Assembly (NCBI GenBank): GCA_038228235.1
Contig: JBBRPK010000016.1
Span: forward strand, 526-64,525
Source of the DNA: Verrucomicrobiota bacterium
GTDB taxonomy: Bacteria > Verrucomicrobiota > Verrucomicrobiia > Limisphaerales > JBBRPK01
Length of the DNA: 64,000 nucleotides
Reading direction: 5' to 3'
The first letter of the stretch is position 1; every line of letters begins with the position of its first letter. The notes below the pieces were generated by a model, which saw only the letters and a program-made list of their open reading frames with translations, was not told where the DNA came from and did not search any database. The translations under genes and the position numbers were made by a program. This document shows positions 28,863-38,274 of the stretch, in pieces.

Positions 28863-29336
28863 TCAGGCTGTGGCTCCTTTTGTTGCATGCTTTGATCCAC
28901 AATTCGCAACGTTGAGGGCCTCGCCCGTTTCGAGGAACGATTTCAAGCTGGAGAGCACGCGCGGCCAGCCGCCGGAAACCTTGTTCACCATGTCCGAACC
29001 AGGCTTGAAGTCGCCGTGGACGACATCGAGCCGCACCGAGTCATCGACGGGCTCGATTTCAAACGTGACGCGGGAAACGTCGGCTTCGTTGGCCGGATCG
29101 GCCCAGGTCAGCACCAGCCGTTTCGGCGGCACGCTTTCCACCACTTTGCCGGTAATCCGGATGGCGCGCTCTTCGTCGCCGGCGACATGCATCCATTTCG
29201 AGCCGGGTTTCCAATCCGAAACATTTTCGTTGCCGCCCCAATACTGGCGCGCGAATTCGGGGTTCGTAATGGCGTTCCACAGTTTTTCCGGCGTGGTCCG
29301 GATATAGGTCGTGTAGATAAGTTCAGGTTTTGTCAT
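28863..29336 (-). CDS. SRPBCC-fold protein (Aha1/activator of Hsp90 ATPase homolog-like)
   Basis: 157 aa. TYIRTTPEKLWNAITNPEFARQYW start and overall AHSA1-type pattern. It overlaps the upstream ArsR gene by 14 nt, which is the usual pairing. Confidence 0.8.
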   Translation of the reverse strand: MTKPELIYTTYIRTTPEKLWNAITNPEFARQYWGGNENVSDWKPGSKWMHVAGDEERAIRITGKVVESVPPKRLVLTWADPANEADVSRVTFEIEPVDDSVRLDVVHGDFKPGSDMVNKVSGGWPRVLSSLKSFLETGEALNVANCGSKHATKGATA

Positions 29337-29658
29337 AATCGTTCTCTTTCAATGCTTGTTTTAGGTTAAAGAGCGCTTGAACCTGCTGCCGCTCGAACTT
29401 GCCTATCCAACGCATATAGATCTCGTTGATCGGAACAGGATTGAGATAGTGCAGTTTCTCGCGCCCCCGTTTTACCGAGACGACAAGATTTGCCGCCTCC
29501 AGTAAAACAAGATGCTTGGTTACCGCCTGACGGCTCATGTCGTGTTTCTTGCACAGATCGCCCAGGGTCAGGCCGCCTTTGAGGCGCAGCCTGTCCAGCA
29601 ACTGCCTTCGGCTGGCATCGGCAAGAGCTTTGAACACTTTGTCTTCATCAGCAACCAT
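29323..29658 (-). CDS. ArsR/SmtB family transcriptional regulator
   Basis: 111 aa. FKALADASRRQLLDRL...LTLGDLCKKHDMSRQAVTKHLVLLEAANLV is a winged helix-turn-helix of ArsR type. Confidence 0.85.
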   Translation of the reverse strand: MVADEDKVFKALADASRRQLLDRLRLKGGLTLGDLCKKHDMSRQAVTKHLVLLEAANLVVSVKRGREKLHYLNPVPINEIYMRWIGKFERQQVQALFNLKQALKENDYDKT

Positions 29659-29759
29659 ACTCCTCTATTATGCAACCATAAGGTTGCATGTCAAGGGCGA
29701 TTTTACAAAAAATTGCAAATTTATGAGGTCGCCGGTCAACACCGATCTTTGAGGACGAT

Positions 29760-31946
29760 TTATTCCAAAACCAACTCGATGGACCGCGCCTTTTGAATGG
29801 ATTCTAGAACGGCAAAGGTCAACAACATGCTCACGCGAGACTGCTCGTACGGTAATGGATGTTCGGCTTGCCCGCGGAGGAAAGACAGCCATGCAGCCAT
29901 CTGCTCGGCGTGTCCCTTGGAAGTGTAGGAAAAGTTTGATTCCTTCCGCCCGCCATACACGCTGAGCTTCTGGAAATTTACTATTTCTGCCACTAACCCG
30001 GCGCCGAAAACCGTCACGGTCTCCTTCGGGAAACTGGAGTCTCCTTCCGCCGTGTAAATCAGTTGTCCGCAGGAGCCATCCCCAAACTCCACCTGGGCAG
30101 CGACGCTATCGGGGAAGGGTAATCGGCCTAAAGCCGGCCAGGTGGTTTGGGCCGCTACTCGCACGGGTTTGGCGTCGAACAAAAAACAGAAGTAGTCAAG
30201 GAAATGGCAGGCCTCGCCCAGCACGCGCCCGCCGCTTTCGGCGTAATTCGCGTACCAATGTTGAGGATCAAGTTTGCCGGCAAGGACTCGATAGGTAGCT
30301 GATTTCGGTCCTGCTGAGGCTGCCAAATACCTTTTCAATTCCACGCTGGCGGGAGCGAACCGGCGGTTAAAGCCTACTTGCACAGTGCCCTCACTTTTCG
30401 ACAATGCGGCATCGATTTCTGCCAGTTCCTTCTGCGAAAGGCAGAGGGGCTTCTCCACGAAGATATGCCGGTTGGACTCCAACGCAGTCTCAATGAAAGG
30501 AGCGTGCAAGTGATGCCGTGTGGCGATCAAGAGCGCTGCCGGCTCGGGGTCGCTGAAAAGTTCCCCAGGGTCGGCTTCCGCCGATTGGAAGCCAAATTTA
30601 GTTTTGACATGCTTCGCGCTCAAGGCGGTTTGATTTACCACCGTACCGAAAGGAATTTGTCCTTTCAAATGCGGCAGCAGCATGGTGCGCGCGAAGTTTC
30701 CAGCGCCAATGACATCAAGGCGAGTGATGGGGGCGGTGAGTTTTCCCCGTTCCGCTTTGGATTTCCAATCAGCAGCCGGGAGCTTTGTAGCTGACTCAAC
30801 CTTGCTTGAAGGCTGATTGTTTTCCAAAACATCGTATTCGAGCACCACGCCAATGTCCTGGGCGCCATCTGCCATTAAATCGTGGTACACCTTCAAAGCA
30901 TCCGCGAATGGAGCGGTCCTCGTAGTAATGCCCGCCAGATTTATTTGGCCTGCCGCTATTAAATGCAGACAGGCCTGAAAATTTCTCTGCTCGGTCCAGC
31001 GCACGTAGCCGATGGGGTAATCGTTTCCGCCCCATTCATAGTTGGGATCATAGCGGCCGGGCCCATAAGAACGGGAGAAGCGGACGTCCAGTTCCTTTTC
31101 GTAGAACATTTTCCAAGGCAGTTCGATTTTGGTGATGCCTACATCCACCAACCGCCCGCGATCCCGGAGCGATTCCGCGGCTTGTTCAACCGGCGTGTTG
31201 CTTTGCGTCGCGGTGCAGAGGACCACAGCGTCCACACCGAAACCGTCCGTCCAGGCGCGCACTTCGTCGGACAAGTTTTGCTGGCCCAGGATGACGACCT
31301 TCTCCGCCCCCATGGCTTCGCAAAACGGGCGGCGGGAGGCCTGGAGATCCACCGCCATCACACGAGCGCCGTTCGCTCTTAAGATATTTGTCACCAAAAG
31401 CCCGACCAATCCTTGGCCCATCACCAGCACGCGGTCGCCGAGGCAGGGTTCGGTTTGCCGTACTGCCTGGAGGGCGATTGCGCAGAGTGTCGTGTAGGCC
31501 GCTTGCCAGTTTTTCACGCCCTCGGGCACCGGCGCCACTAACAAATCCGGCAGCGCCAGGTATTCCGCATGGAAAGCGCATTCCGCGCCGGCGCAAGCCA
31601 CCCGGTCACCGACACGAAAACGAGTATTGGCGGGGTCCACTTCCGCAATGACACCGGCGGCGCTGTAGCCAAGCGGAGTGGGGGTCTGCAGGCGGTTGCG
31701 GACTTTTTCCAAGGCACTGCGCCAGCCCAGAGTTTTGGCCGTATCCAAAACTTTCCTAACTTGCTCGGGCCTGGCACGAGCCTTTTGGAGCAGATTCATT
31801 CTCGCCTGCTCCACTTTCATTTTCTCAGTGCCGATGCTGATGACCGAGTGAGTGGTTTGGACGAGCACTCCTCCAGGCGGCGCAACGGGCCGGGGCAGCT
31901 CTTGCAACTCCAAACGCCCATCCTGATATTGCGCAATTTGCTTCAC
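29760..31946 (-). CDS. bi-domain oxidoreductase (zinc-type alcohol dehydrogenase/MDR N-half + Gfo/Idh/MocA C-half)
   Basis: 728 aa. GTG start overlaps the upstream stop (GTGA). MDR-like N-half with VLVMGQGLVGLL Rossmann. C-half with LDVIGAGNFARTMLLPHL Rossmann and VEKPL motif. Confidence 0.8.
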   Translation of the reverse strand: MKQIAQYQDGRLELQELPRPVAPPGGVLVQTTHSVISIGTEKMKVEQARMNLLQKARARPEQVRKVLDTAKTLGWRSALEKVRNRLQTPTPLGYSAAGVIAEVDPANTRFRVGDRVACAGAECAFHAEYLALPDLLVAPVPEGVKNWQAAYTTLCAIALQAVRQTEPCLGDRVLVMGQGLVGLLVTNILRANGARVMAVDLQASRRPFCEAMGAEKVVILGQQNLSDEVRAWTDGFGVDAVVLCTATQSNTPVEQAAESLRDRGRLVDVGITKIELPWKMFYEKELDVRFSRSYGPGRYDPNYEWGGNDYPIGYVRWTEQRNFQACLHLIAAGQINLAGITTRTAPFADALKVYHDLMADGAQDIGVVLEYDVLENNQPSSKVESATKLPAADWKSKAERGKLTAPITRLDVIGAGNFARTMLLPHLKGQIPFGTVVNQTALSAKHVKTKFGFQSAEADPGELFSDPEPAALLIATRHHLHAPFIETALESNRHIFVEKPLCLSQKELAEIDAALSKSEGTVQVGFNRRFAPASVELKRYLAASAGPKSATYRVLAGKLDPQHWYANYAESGGRVLGEACHFLDYFCFLFDAKPVRVAAQTTWPALGRLPFPDSVAAQVEFGDGSCGQLIYTAEGDSSFPKETVTVFGAGLVAEIVNFQKLSVYGGRKESNFSYTSKGHAEQMAAWLSFLRGQAEHPLPYEQSRVSMLLTFAVLESIQKARSIELVLE

Positions 31947-33055
31947 TGCGCGAGGAAGCCAGCGATCCCTTGAACGAGCCGCTGGTTTTCTTCCGGCAGG
32001 TTGGTTCCCACCCGGATGAACTTATCAGAAAGGCCCAGCTTGCGGCTGCAGTCCCGGACATACAGCCCCAATTTTTGCAGCAGGAAATCGCGCAATTCCA
32101 CGGAGGTAAACCGTTCATCCTGGAGTTTAAAAAGAATGAAATTGGAGAACGTCTCGAAAACTTTGAGTGAATTGATGGCCGAGAGCTTCTTGGCCAGTGC
32201 CTGGGTCTCCTGGATGCAAGTGATACGGGCCTTTTCGTAATCAGCAAGATGGTGGACGCAGAGGCGGAGAAATTTTTCGGCCAGCGGGCTGATATTCCAG
32301 ATGGGCAGAAATCGTTGGATTTGCTTCAAACAATCCTTGTTCGCGGTCGCCATCAACCCGAGTCGCAGACCGCAGACTCCGAAATCCTTGCCAAGACTTC
32401 GCATAATGATGAGCTGAGGAAAGCGGTCCAGGAAAGGGCGCAGCGTCGGGATGCTCTCGCGGCGAGTGGAAGTGAATTCGATGAAGGACTCATCTATCAC
32501 CACAGTTTTGAGCTGCCGGGCTTTGGTGAGAATCGCCAGCAAATCCTCCGGCGAAACTTTTTGCCCCGTCGGGCTGTTGGGATTGGGCAATACCAGGGCG
32601 TCGATTTGGTGATGGCTTATTTCCCAGAGGAGCCGGTCCACGTTCACCTGAAAATTTTCGCTCTCCTGGAGCGGAAAGGAATGGATCTCCTTTTTGAAAT
32701 CTCGGATGACGTTCTCATATTCCATGTAAGATGGGAAAGGCATGAGCCAGCGCTGGCCGAGCCGGGCCGTCACTAGATGGATCAATTCAGAAGCGCCGTT
32801 GCCCACCAGAATCTGCTCCGGCGCGAAACCCGTCAATGCCCCCGCCAGGCGGCACTGTTCGGGTTGCATGGAGGGATAATTGCGAACTAGGCTTTCGAAG
32901 TCCTCAGCGAGGAAGGCGAGCATTTCCCGGGTGGGGAAAAACTTGTTCGAGAGATAACAAAAATCGACCACTTTTTTCCCGGGCGTCATTTCCGCGACTT
33001 GGAAGACAGAGGGACTATGCTGGCGCTCTTCCGATCCAAAAATAGGCAATGCCAT
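31943..33055 (-). CDS. PLP-dependent aminotransferase/decarboxylase, class I/II (HisC/CobD-like)
   Basis: 370 aa. LPNPNSPTGQ and the PLP-lysine context MRSLGKDFGVCGLRLGLM. Confidence 0.75.
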   Translation of the reverse strand: MALPIFGSEERQHSPSVFQVAEMTPGKKVVDFCYLSNKFFPTREMLAFLAEDFESLVRNYPSMQPEQCRLAGALTGFAPEQILVGNGASELIHLVTARLGQRWLMPFPSYMEYENVIRDFKKEIHSFPLQESENFQVNVDRLLWEISHHQIDALVLPNPNSPTGQKVSPEDLLAILTKARQLKTVVIDESFIEFTSTRRESIPTLRPFLDRFPQLIIMRSLGKDFGVCGLRLGLMATANKDCLKQIQRFLPIWNISPLAEKFLRLCVHHLADYEKARITCIQETQALAKKLSAINSLKVFETFSNFILFKLQDERFTSVELRDFLLQKLGLYVRDCSRKLGLSDKFIRVGTNLPEENQRLVQGIAGFLAQ

Positions 33056-33074
33056 AACGCGAGACTGATCTGAG

Positions 33075-34442
33075 CTAAGTAGGCTCTCCTGTTTTCATCG
33101 GCGCATGGCCGGAAGAGTTAAGCGCAAAGGCGCGCAGGAAGGTCGGCGTCTTGCCTTCCCCGCTGCGCAGAAAGTCATCGGACAGGTCGATTCTCAGGGA
33201 CAAGCCAGGACCCAGGCGCTTGCTCACCTCACCCCGCACCGAGGCGACCAGGGCGTCGGTTTTTGTCGCGGTGGGACGAAAAGAAATCTTCATGGTGACA
33301 TTATTGAGATCAGTTTGAATGAATTGAAAGCGCAGAATATCGGTGTAGCTTTGGAGGAGCGAATAAAAGTTGAGCGAAGGGAGGCGGGCTCCGTCCGGGG
33401 TGAGGATGCACTCGTCTTTGCGGCCAGAGATGGCTTCAATTTTGGGATAAATCCGCTCAGGGCCAGCGGCGTGGCCTTCCGCCAAGGTCGCGATGTCTTC
33501 GGTCTCGTAACGGATGAACGGCATGACCGGGTTGTGCAAGCTGGTGGCGATAAGCTTGCGCTGGTTGGCCGGCAAACCGGCGTCGGGGACAAATTCTGGA
33601 TAGCCATATTCCCAATTAACCTCCATCCCGTCATGGTTTAATCCCTCGGTAATGACAACCGCGGGTTCCGTCATGCCATACCAATCAAACAGTTTCTTCC
33701 CGAAAGTCCTTTCAATGTTGGCCCTCTCCGTGGGCAGGACGGTTTCCGAGGCAGTGAAGACACCACGCAGGAAATGAAATTTCTCCCGCTGAGGATACGC
33801 GAACTCAGCCAGCACGTTGATAGAGGAGGGGTAACCTCGGAGATAAAGCGGTTTGAACTTGAGCAAGGTCTCCAAATAGCCGTCGCAGTTGGATGGCTTG
33901 AGATGGTAAGCGGACATGTAGAGAGTATTCTGCCAGTAATTGCGCTTCCAGAGCGGATGCGCCGAGGACGGGGGAACATAACTCCGGATGGCGGCAAAAC
34001 GTGAACGGAAGGTATAACCGGCTTGCGCCCAATGACGAAACATGCAGGCGTAATCGAAGGCGATGTAGGATTCATTCAGGCGCATCGACATCGGCTGGCC
34101 AGTCGTCCCGCTGGTGTTGGCAACGACGCTGCCCATCAGAAAACGCCTGTCGATCATCTGGTGGAGATGAGTTCGGACCTCATCTTTGGTAAGGACCGGC
34201 ACCCGCGCTAAGTCGGAGACGGATTGGAAATCGCGATGCGGATTGAACCCAGCTCTTTGGAATCGCTCCCGATAAAATGGAACGCCTTCGGAGGCCAGGA
34301 TGAGCGTGCGCTTGAGTTTATCCAAAACCCAGGCCTGCTGCTTGGGCAAGGGCCACGTCTGGGTTTGGGTTAGAAAGCGCTTGTAGAGCCAATACCCATG
34401 CACCCGTGCCAGCGGACGGATTTGCTTTTTATGGATGAGCAT
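33075..34442 (-). CDS. adenylate-forming enzyme, phenylacetate-CoA ligase / coenzyme F390 synthetase (CapK)-like
   Basis: 455 aa. AMP-binding motif NTSGTTGQPM, later YGMTEP and RYETEDI stretches. Confidence 0.75.
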   Translation of the reverse strand: MLIHKKQIRPLARVHGYWLYKRFLTQTQTWPLPKQQAWVLDKLKRTLILASEGVPFYRERFQRAGFNPHRDFQSVSDLARVPVLTKDEVRTHLHQMIDRRFLMGSVVANTSGTTGQPMSMRLNESYIAFDYACMFRHWAQAGYTFRSRFAAIRSYVPPSSAHPLWKRNYWQNTLYMSAYHLKPSNCDGYLETLLKFKPLYLRGYPSSINVLAEFAYPQREKFHFLRGVFTASETVLPTERANIERTFGKKLFDWYGMTEPAVVITEGLNHDGMEVNWEYGYPEFVPDAGLPANQRKLIATSLHNPVMPFIRYETEDIATLAEGHAAGPERIYPKIEAISGRKDECILTPDGARLPSLNFYSLLQSYTDILRFQFIQTDLNNVTMKISFRPTATKTDALVASVRGEVSKRLGPGLSLRIDLSDDFLRSGEGKTPTFLRAFALNSSGHAPMKTGEPT

Positions 34443-35226
34443 AAACCTCCACTAATGGTTTGCGCCCGACCCCATGCTTGTGGTTTCGGTACCAGCGATA
34501 GCATTGCTTGGCCAGGGGCAGAAAGGGCCTCGGCACCTTCATGAACTTCTTAAACCGATAATACAGCGGCGCGTATGCTCGCTCGGAAGCGCCTTCCAAT
34601 TGGGCTTTGCCGAGAATTCGAAACGGCGCTTTCCGTTGCAGCATGCGCTGAAGACTGGTTTTTAAATTTCCTTCCCACGTGATGACGTTAAGGCTCTCCC
34701 CCAAATCAGATTCATAGTGGGCATCACTGCCGCCAAACGGCGAGAGGGACGTCGCCAACAGCTCACCCGCCCGGCGGTTCTCGGCGTAAGAACACTTGGC
34801 GCTAAAAAGCTCAAAGCCGGCAGTTCGGCCCTGGAACAGATGCAGGCGTTCCAAATCTGTCCGCAGGAGGCCGTCCGATTTTCGGAAGGGGTGTGGGACC
34901 AGACAAATTCCACCCTGTGCTTCGATTTCGGCGATGGCTGCCTTGATTTCTCCCGATTCAATATGCTTTTGCAAAAAGAGACCGATCAGATGACTTCCGT
35001 CAGACAACGTCTTTTCCTCTCCGACTATAATCTGCAACGGCAGTCCTTTGGCCTGCGCGCGTTCGCCAAAATCTTTGGCGCCCTCAATGGTATCGTGATC
35101 GGTGATCGCAAGCGCGTCCAAACCGAGGGTTTGCGCGGTTCGGCTTAACGACTCAAATGTCATCAGGCCGTCTTTGGAAAAGACGGTGTGGCAGTGCAAT
35201 TCGAGGTTAAGGAAGCGCGGAGTCAT
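34429..35226 (-). CDS. PHP-domain metal-dependent phosphoesterase
   Basis: ATG at 35226 overlaps the asnB stop (ATGA). LELHCHTVFSKDG, LAITDHDTIEGA, VPHPF and GGSDAHY metal-ligand motifs. Confidence 0.75.
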   Translation of the reverse strand: MTPRFLNLELHCHTVFSKDGLMTFESLSRTAQTLGLDALAITDHDTIEGAKDFGERAQAKGLPLQIIVGEEKTLSDGSHLIGLFLQKHIESGEIKAAIAEIEAQGGICLVPHPFRKSDGLLRTDLERLHLFQGRTAGFELFSAKCSYAENRRAGELLATSLSPFGGSDAHYESDLGESLNVITWEGNLKTSLQRMLQRKAPFRILGKAQLEGASERAYAPLYYRFKKFMKVPRPFLPLAKQCYRWYRNHKHGVGRKPLVEVYAHP

Positions 35227-37157
35227 CCGATTCCTCCTTCGCTTGTTTGGTCCAGATAGACGCGACACCACAGTTCAAAGCTCAACAGAACGTAGATTAA
35301 ATAATTGTGATCGTGAAATCCTTCGGCATTTTCGCGAAGCAATTGCCGCACATAAGCAGGATCAAAAAAGCCGCGCTTCCGGAGGTTTGTTTCGCAGAGC
35401 AGATCGCCGATCATCTCTTTGAGATCGGAGACGATCCAGGTGCGGATGGGAGCGCCAAAACCCGCTTTTTTGCGATGCAAAATATGGGGGGGAAGCAGGC
35501 CGTGGAGCGCTTGTTTGAATAAATATTTTCGAGAGGCGCCCTTGATTTTCAACTCCGGTGGAACAGACGCCATAAAATCCACGACCTGGTTGTCCAGCAG
35601 CGGGACCCGGACCTCGACACCAAACGCCATGCTGGTCTTGTCTGTGTACATCAAGTTGAGCGAAGGCAGGAACGTGCCCATATCCAGGTGCAACATACGC
35701 TGGATATAATTCCAATCTTTGGATTGTCGCAGCAGTTGCAGATGGGCGTGTTCGGCCACGCCGGCCTGAATCCGCTCTGAATAGGCAGGGCCGAAGAGAC
35801 CGTGCAGATGCTCGTTATAAGCGTAGCTGAGGAAGCCAATTAACTGCGTTTCAAAATCGAAGGGCGCGTTGCTGCTGAATTTGCGCAGCCGCCGGAAGGT
35901 GCCGGTGAGCGGGCCCCCTTTCGCTGCCGGCAAGCGTTTAAGAATGCCCCCAACCAGGTCGCGCGCAGGCTTAGGCAAGGCATTGAAGTAGCGCGAAAGC
36001 TGCACCGCCAGATGCCACGGGTAGCCGCAAAACACTTCGTCCCCTCCTTGTCCACTCAGCAAAACCTTCGTGTTCTCGCTCCGGGCGGCCTGGCAAACCA
36101 GATAACTGGTGATCGCCGCCGGGTCGGCAATCGGATCGTCCAGATGCCAGATAATTTTCGGGAGCAAATCCACAATGCGAGGCTCGAGAATGATCTCCTT
36201 GTGGTCAGTTCCGTACAGGTGCGCCAGTTCCCGGGCGTAACGAACATCATCCGGTTGCCGCTCAAACCGCTGATCCTCCCGGCGGAAACCGATGGTGAAG
36301 GTCTTCAGCGGTTCAGGATTGAAAGATTTGGCCATCGCCAACAGCGCGCCGGAATCTACTCCCCCACTCAGGAATAAACCCACTGGCACATCGCTGATCA
36401 TTTGCCGCCGGACTGATTCAAAAAGAATCTCTCGCAGCGATCCCGCAAGGGCCTTCGGATTCTCTCCTCGGAGACTTTCGTTGAACACTAACTCGTAAAA
36501 GCGCCAGGCGGAACCCTTACCCTTGTTGAAAGTCATGACGTGGCCCGGCAGAACTTTTCGGACTCGTTTGAACAAAGTGAGCGGTTCCGGACAATAGCGG
36601 AATTTAACGTAGGCCAGCAGCGTGTCCCGATCAATTTCCCGGTTCAGAGTTGGATCACAGAGGAGGGACTTGATTTCAGAGCCGAAGAGCACTCGCGAGC
36701 CCTCCTGCCAGTAATAGAGTGGCTTGACTCCGTAACGATCGCGCGCCAGGTGGAATAACTGCCGCCGGGCGTCCCAAAGCCCAAACGCAAAAATACCGTT
36801 CAGCCTTTTAACAAACTCAATACCCCATTCCTCATAGCCGTGGATTAAAACCTCGGTGTCGGTCCGCGAGCGAAAACGATGTCCTTTTGTCAACAGTTGT
36901 TCGCGCAGCTCGGGAAAATTGTAAATCTCCCCGTTAAAAGTAATCCAGATGGTTTCGTCTTCATTCGCCATGGGTTGGTGGCCGGCGCTACTCAAGTCGA
37001 TGATGCTGAGCCGCCGGTGCCCCAGCGAGACGGGTGTGCCGCCGTTCTGGAAAATCTTGATGCCGGAATCATCGGGCCCGCGGTGCGCAATGATGTCGGT
37101 CATGCGGCGGACCAACCCCTCATTCGCCTCACCTACGATGCCAGCAATACCGCACAT
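35223..37157 (-). CDS. asnB: asparagine synthase (glutamine-hydrolysing) family amidotransferase
   Basis: 644 aa. MCGIAG N-terminal nucleophile and the PP-loop LSGGVDSGAL. Confidence 0.9.
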   Translation of the reverse strand: MCGIAGIVGEANEGLVRRMTDIIAHRGPDDSGIKIFQNGGTPVSLGHRRLSIIDLSSAGHQPMANEDETIWITFNGEIYNFPELREQLLTKGHRFRSRTDTEVLIHGYEEWGIEFVKRLNGIFAFGLWDARRQLFHLARDRYGVKPLYYWQEGSRVLFGSEIKSLLCDPTLNREIDRDTLLAYVKFRYCPEPLTLFKRVRKVLPGHVMTFNKGKGSAWRFYELVFNESLRGENPKALAGSLREILFESVRRQMISDVPVGLFLSGGVDSGALLAMAKSFNPEPLKTFTIGFRREDQRFERQPDDVRYARELAHLYGTDHKEIILEPRIVDLLPKIIWHLDDPIADPAAITSYLVCQAARSENTKVLLSGQGGDEVFCGYPWHLAVQLSRYFNALPKPARDLVGGILKRLPAAKGGPLTGTFRRLRKFSSNAPFDFETQLIGFLSYAYNEHLHGLFGPAYSERIQAGVAEHAHLQLLRQSKDWNYIQRMLHLDMGTFLPSLNLMYTDKTSMAFGVEVRVPLLDNQVVDFMASVPPELKIKGASRKYLFKQALHGLLPPHILHRKKAGFGAPIRTWIVSDLKEMIGDLLCETNLRKRGFFDPAYVRQLLRENAEGFHDHNYLIYVLLSFELWCRVYLDQTSEGGIG

Positions 37158-37160
37158 GCG

Positions 37161-38111
37161 CTAGGATTGGATGGGGATTCGAGAGGAGGGGTTTTCCTTT
37201 TCCGCGAAGATGAACAGATACCAGCCGATTTTGCCGGCCAGGAATCTCTCTAATCCGAGCGGAAACCAGGCGCAATATTTCTTCAACGGAAAATGAGCCA
37301 CCTTCATTTCCACGTCATGGAATTTGCCAAAAAGCTTGCGCGCCTCCTTTCTGCTGAAGGTATAGGCGATGGGGCATTCCGGACCATCCGTGCAGTGATG
37401 CACGAAATTGCTGGCTTTCAGATAGCTCCAGCCTGCCTGGAGGAAATTGCGATAATGGATGTCCCAGAGCTGGCGATCTTGATTCCCCCGCAAACCTGTC
37501 AGTTCCTGCGAGCGGGCTTTCTCTGCATCGGCTTTCCACGATCCCAGGCGAGAGAGAATCTTGAGCAGCACGCGCCCGCGCATGTAGGAGAGGATGCGGA
37601 TATAATAGTTGAAGCTGCGCTTGTGGTAGAGCATTATAATGGCCCGCCCCTTGGGCTTGAGGACACGATAAACTTCATCGAAAGCGGCTTGGATGTTCGG
37701 GGTATGGTGGAGCACGCCATGAGAATAAACGATATCGAAACTTTCGTTGGCAAAGCTCAGCTGCTCCGCATTTTCTTTGTGGAAGCTTCCCTGAAGACGC
37801 ATTACCTCGAAGTGTTTTCGGGTCGCCTCAAGGGCCGCCTCCGTCAGATCAGCTCCAGTATAGCTTCCCCCATTTAACGCGAACATCACGCCATCGGCCC
37901 CATTCCCGATCCCGATTTCAAGGACCTGTTTTCCCTTCGCCTCCGCAAACGGGACGAGCAGGGGAATGTGCCATTGAGTACGATAGCGATGTTCGCGGAA
38001 CCGCGCGTAAAAGTCCGCGTCCCCGGCGGCATCCTTGACCACATGAGTGTCGCAAGCTTCCGTATTCCAAAAAGAATGGACGTTATTTACTGTTGGTTTA
38101 GCGCTGTGCAC
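37161..38111 (-). CDS. class I SAM-dependent methyltransferase
   Basis: 316 aa. Motif I VLEIGIGNGADG, post-I GADLT, FDIVYSHGVLHH and LKPKGRAIIM. Confidence 0.8.
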   Translation of the reverse strand: MHSAKPTVNNVHSFWNTEACDTHVVKDAAGDADFYARFREHRYRTQWHIPLLVPFAEAKGKQVLEIGIGNGADGVMFALNGGSYTGADLTEAALEATRKHFEVMRLQGSFHKENAEQLSFANESFDIVYSHGVLHHTPNIQAAFDEVYRVLKPKGRAIIMLYHKRSFNYYIRILSYMRGRVLLKILSRLGSWKADAEKARSQELTGLRGNQDRQLWDIHYRNFLQAGWSYLKASNFVHHCTDGPECPIAYTFSRKEARKLFGKFHDVEMKVAHFPLKKYCAWFPLGLERFLAGKIGWYLFIFAEKENPSSRIPIQS

Positions 38112-38274
38112 CGCGATTTAGAGGGGCTGGAGCGTGCCCCGTTCAAGATTACTCAAATTGGGACACCAATTCACCCAGGATAGGAGAGCAGAGTTCATAC
38201 CGCAAGCCCCTGCGCTTGAATGGGATAAGCAACGGGTGCCGCGACGGTCGCATGGAAAGAGGTCCGAAACCGAG

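Noticed and set aside
28760-28915. 51-codon plus-strand ORF (MHTPFYLQTRKDPHIHW...) in the repeat-rich gap
   Set aside because: It runs antisense into the 3-prime end of the SRPBCC gene. It has no ribosome-binding context or recognisable motif and is probably a chance frame.
34429-35226. PHP protein as a CpsB-type capsule tyrosine phosphatase
   Set aside because: Only the generic PHP metal-binding motifs are visible. No partner tyrosine kinase (Wzc/CpsD-like) gene is present, so the specific assignment cannot be supported.
35223-37157. AsnB homolog as a lasso-peptide cyclase (RiPP cluster)
   Set aside because: The protein is full length with the MCGIAG glutaminase nucleophile. No precursor peptide, transglutaminase-like protease/RRE or ABC exporter gene is adjacent. 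The neighbours are glycan enzymes.
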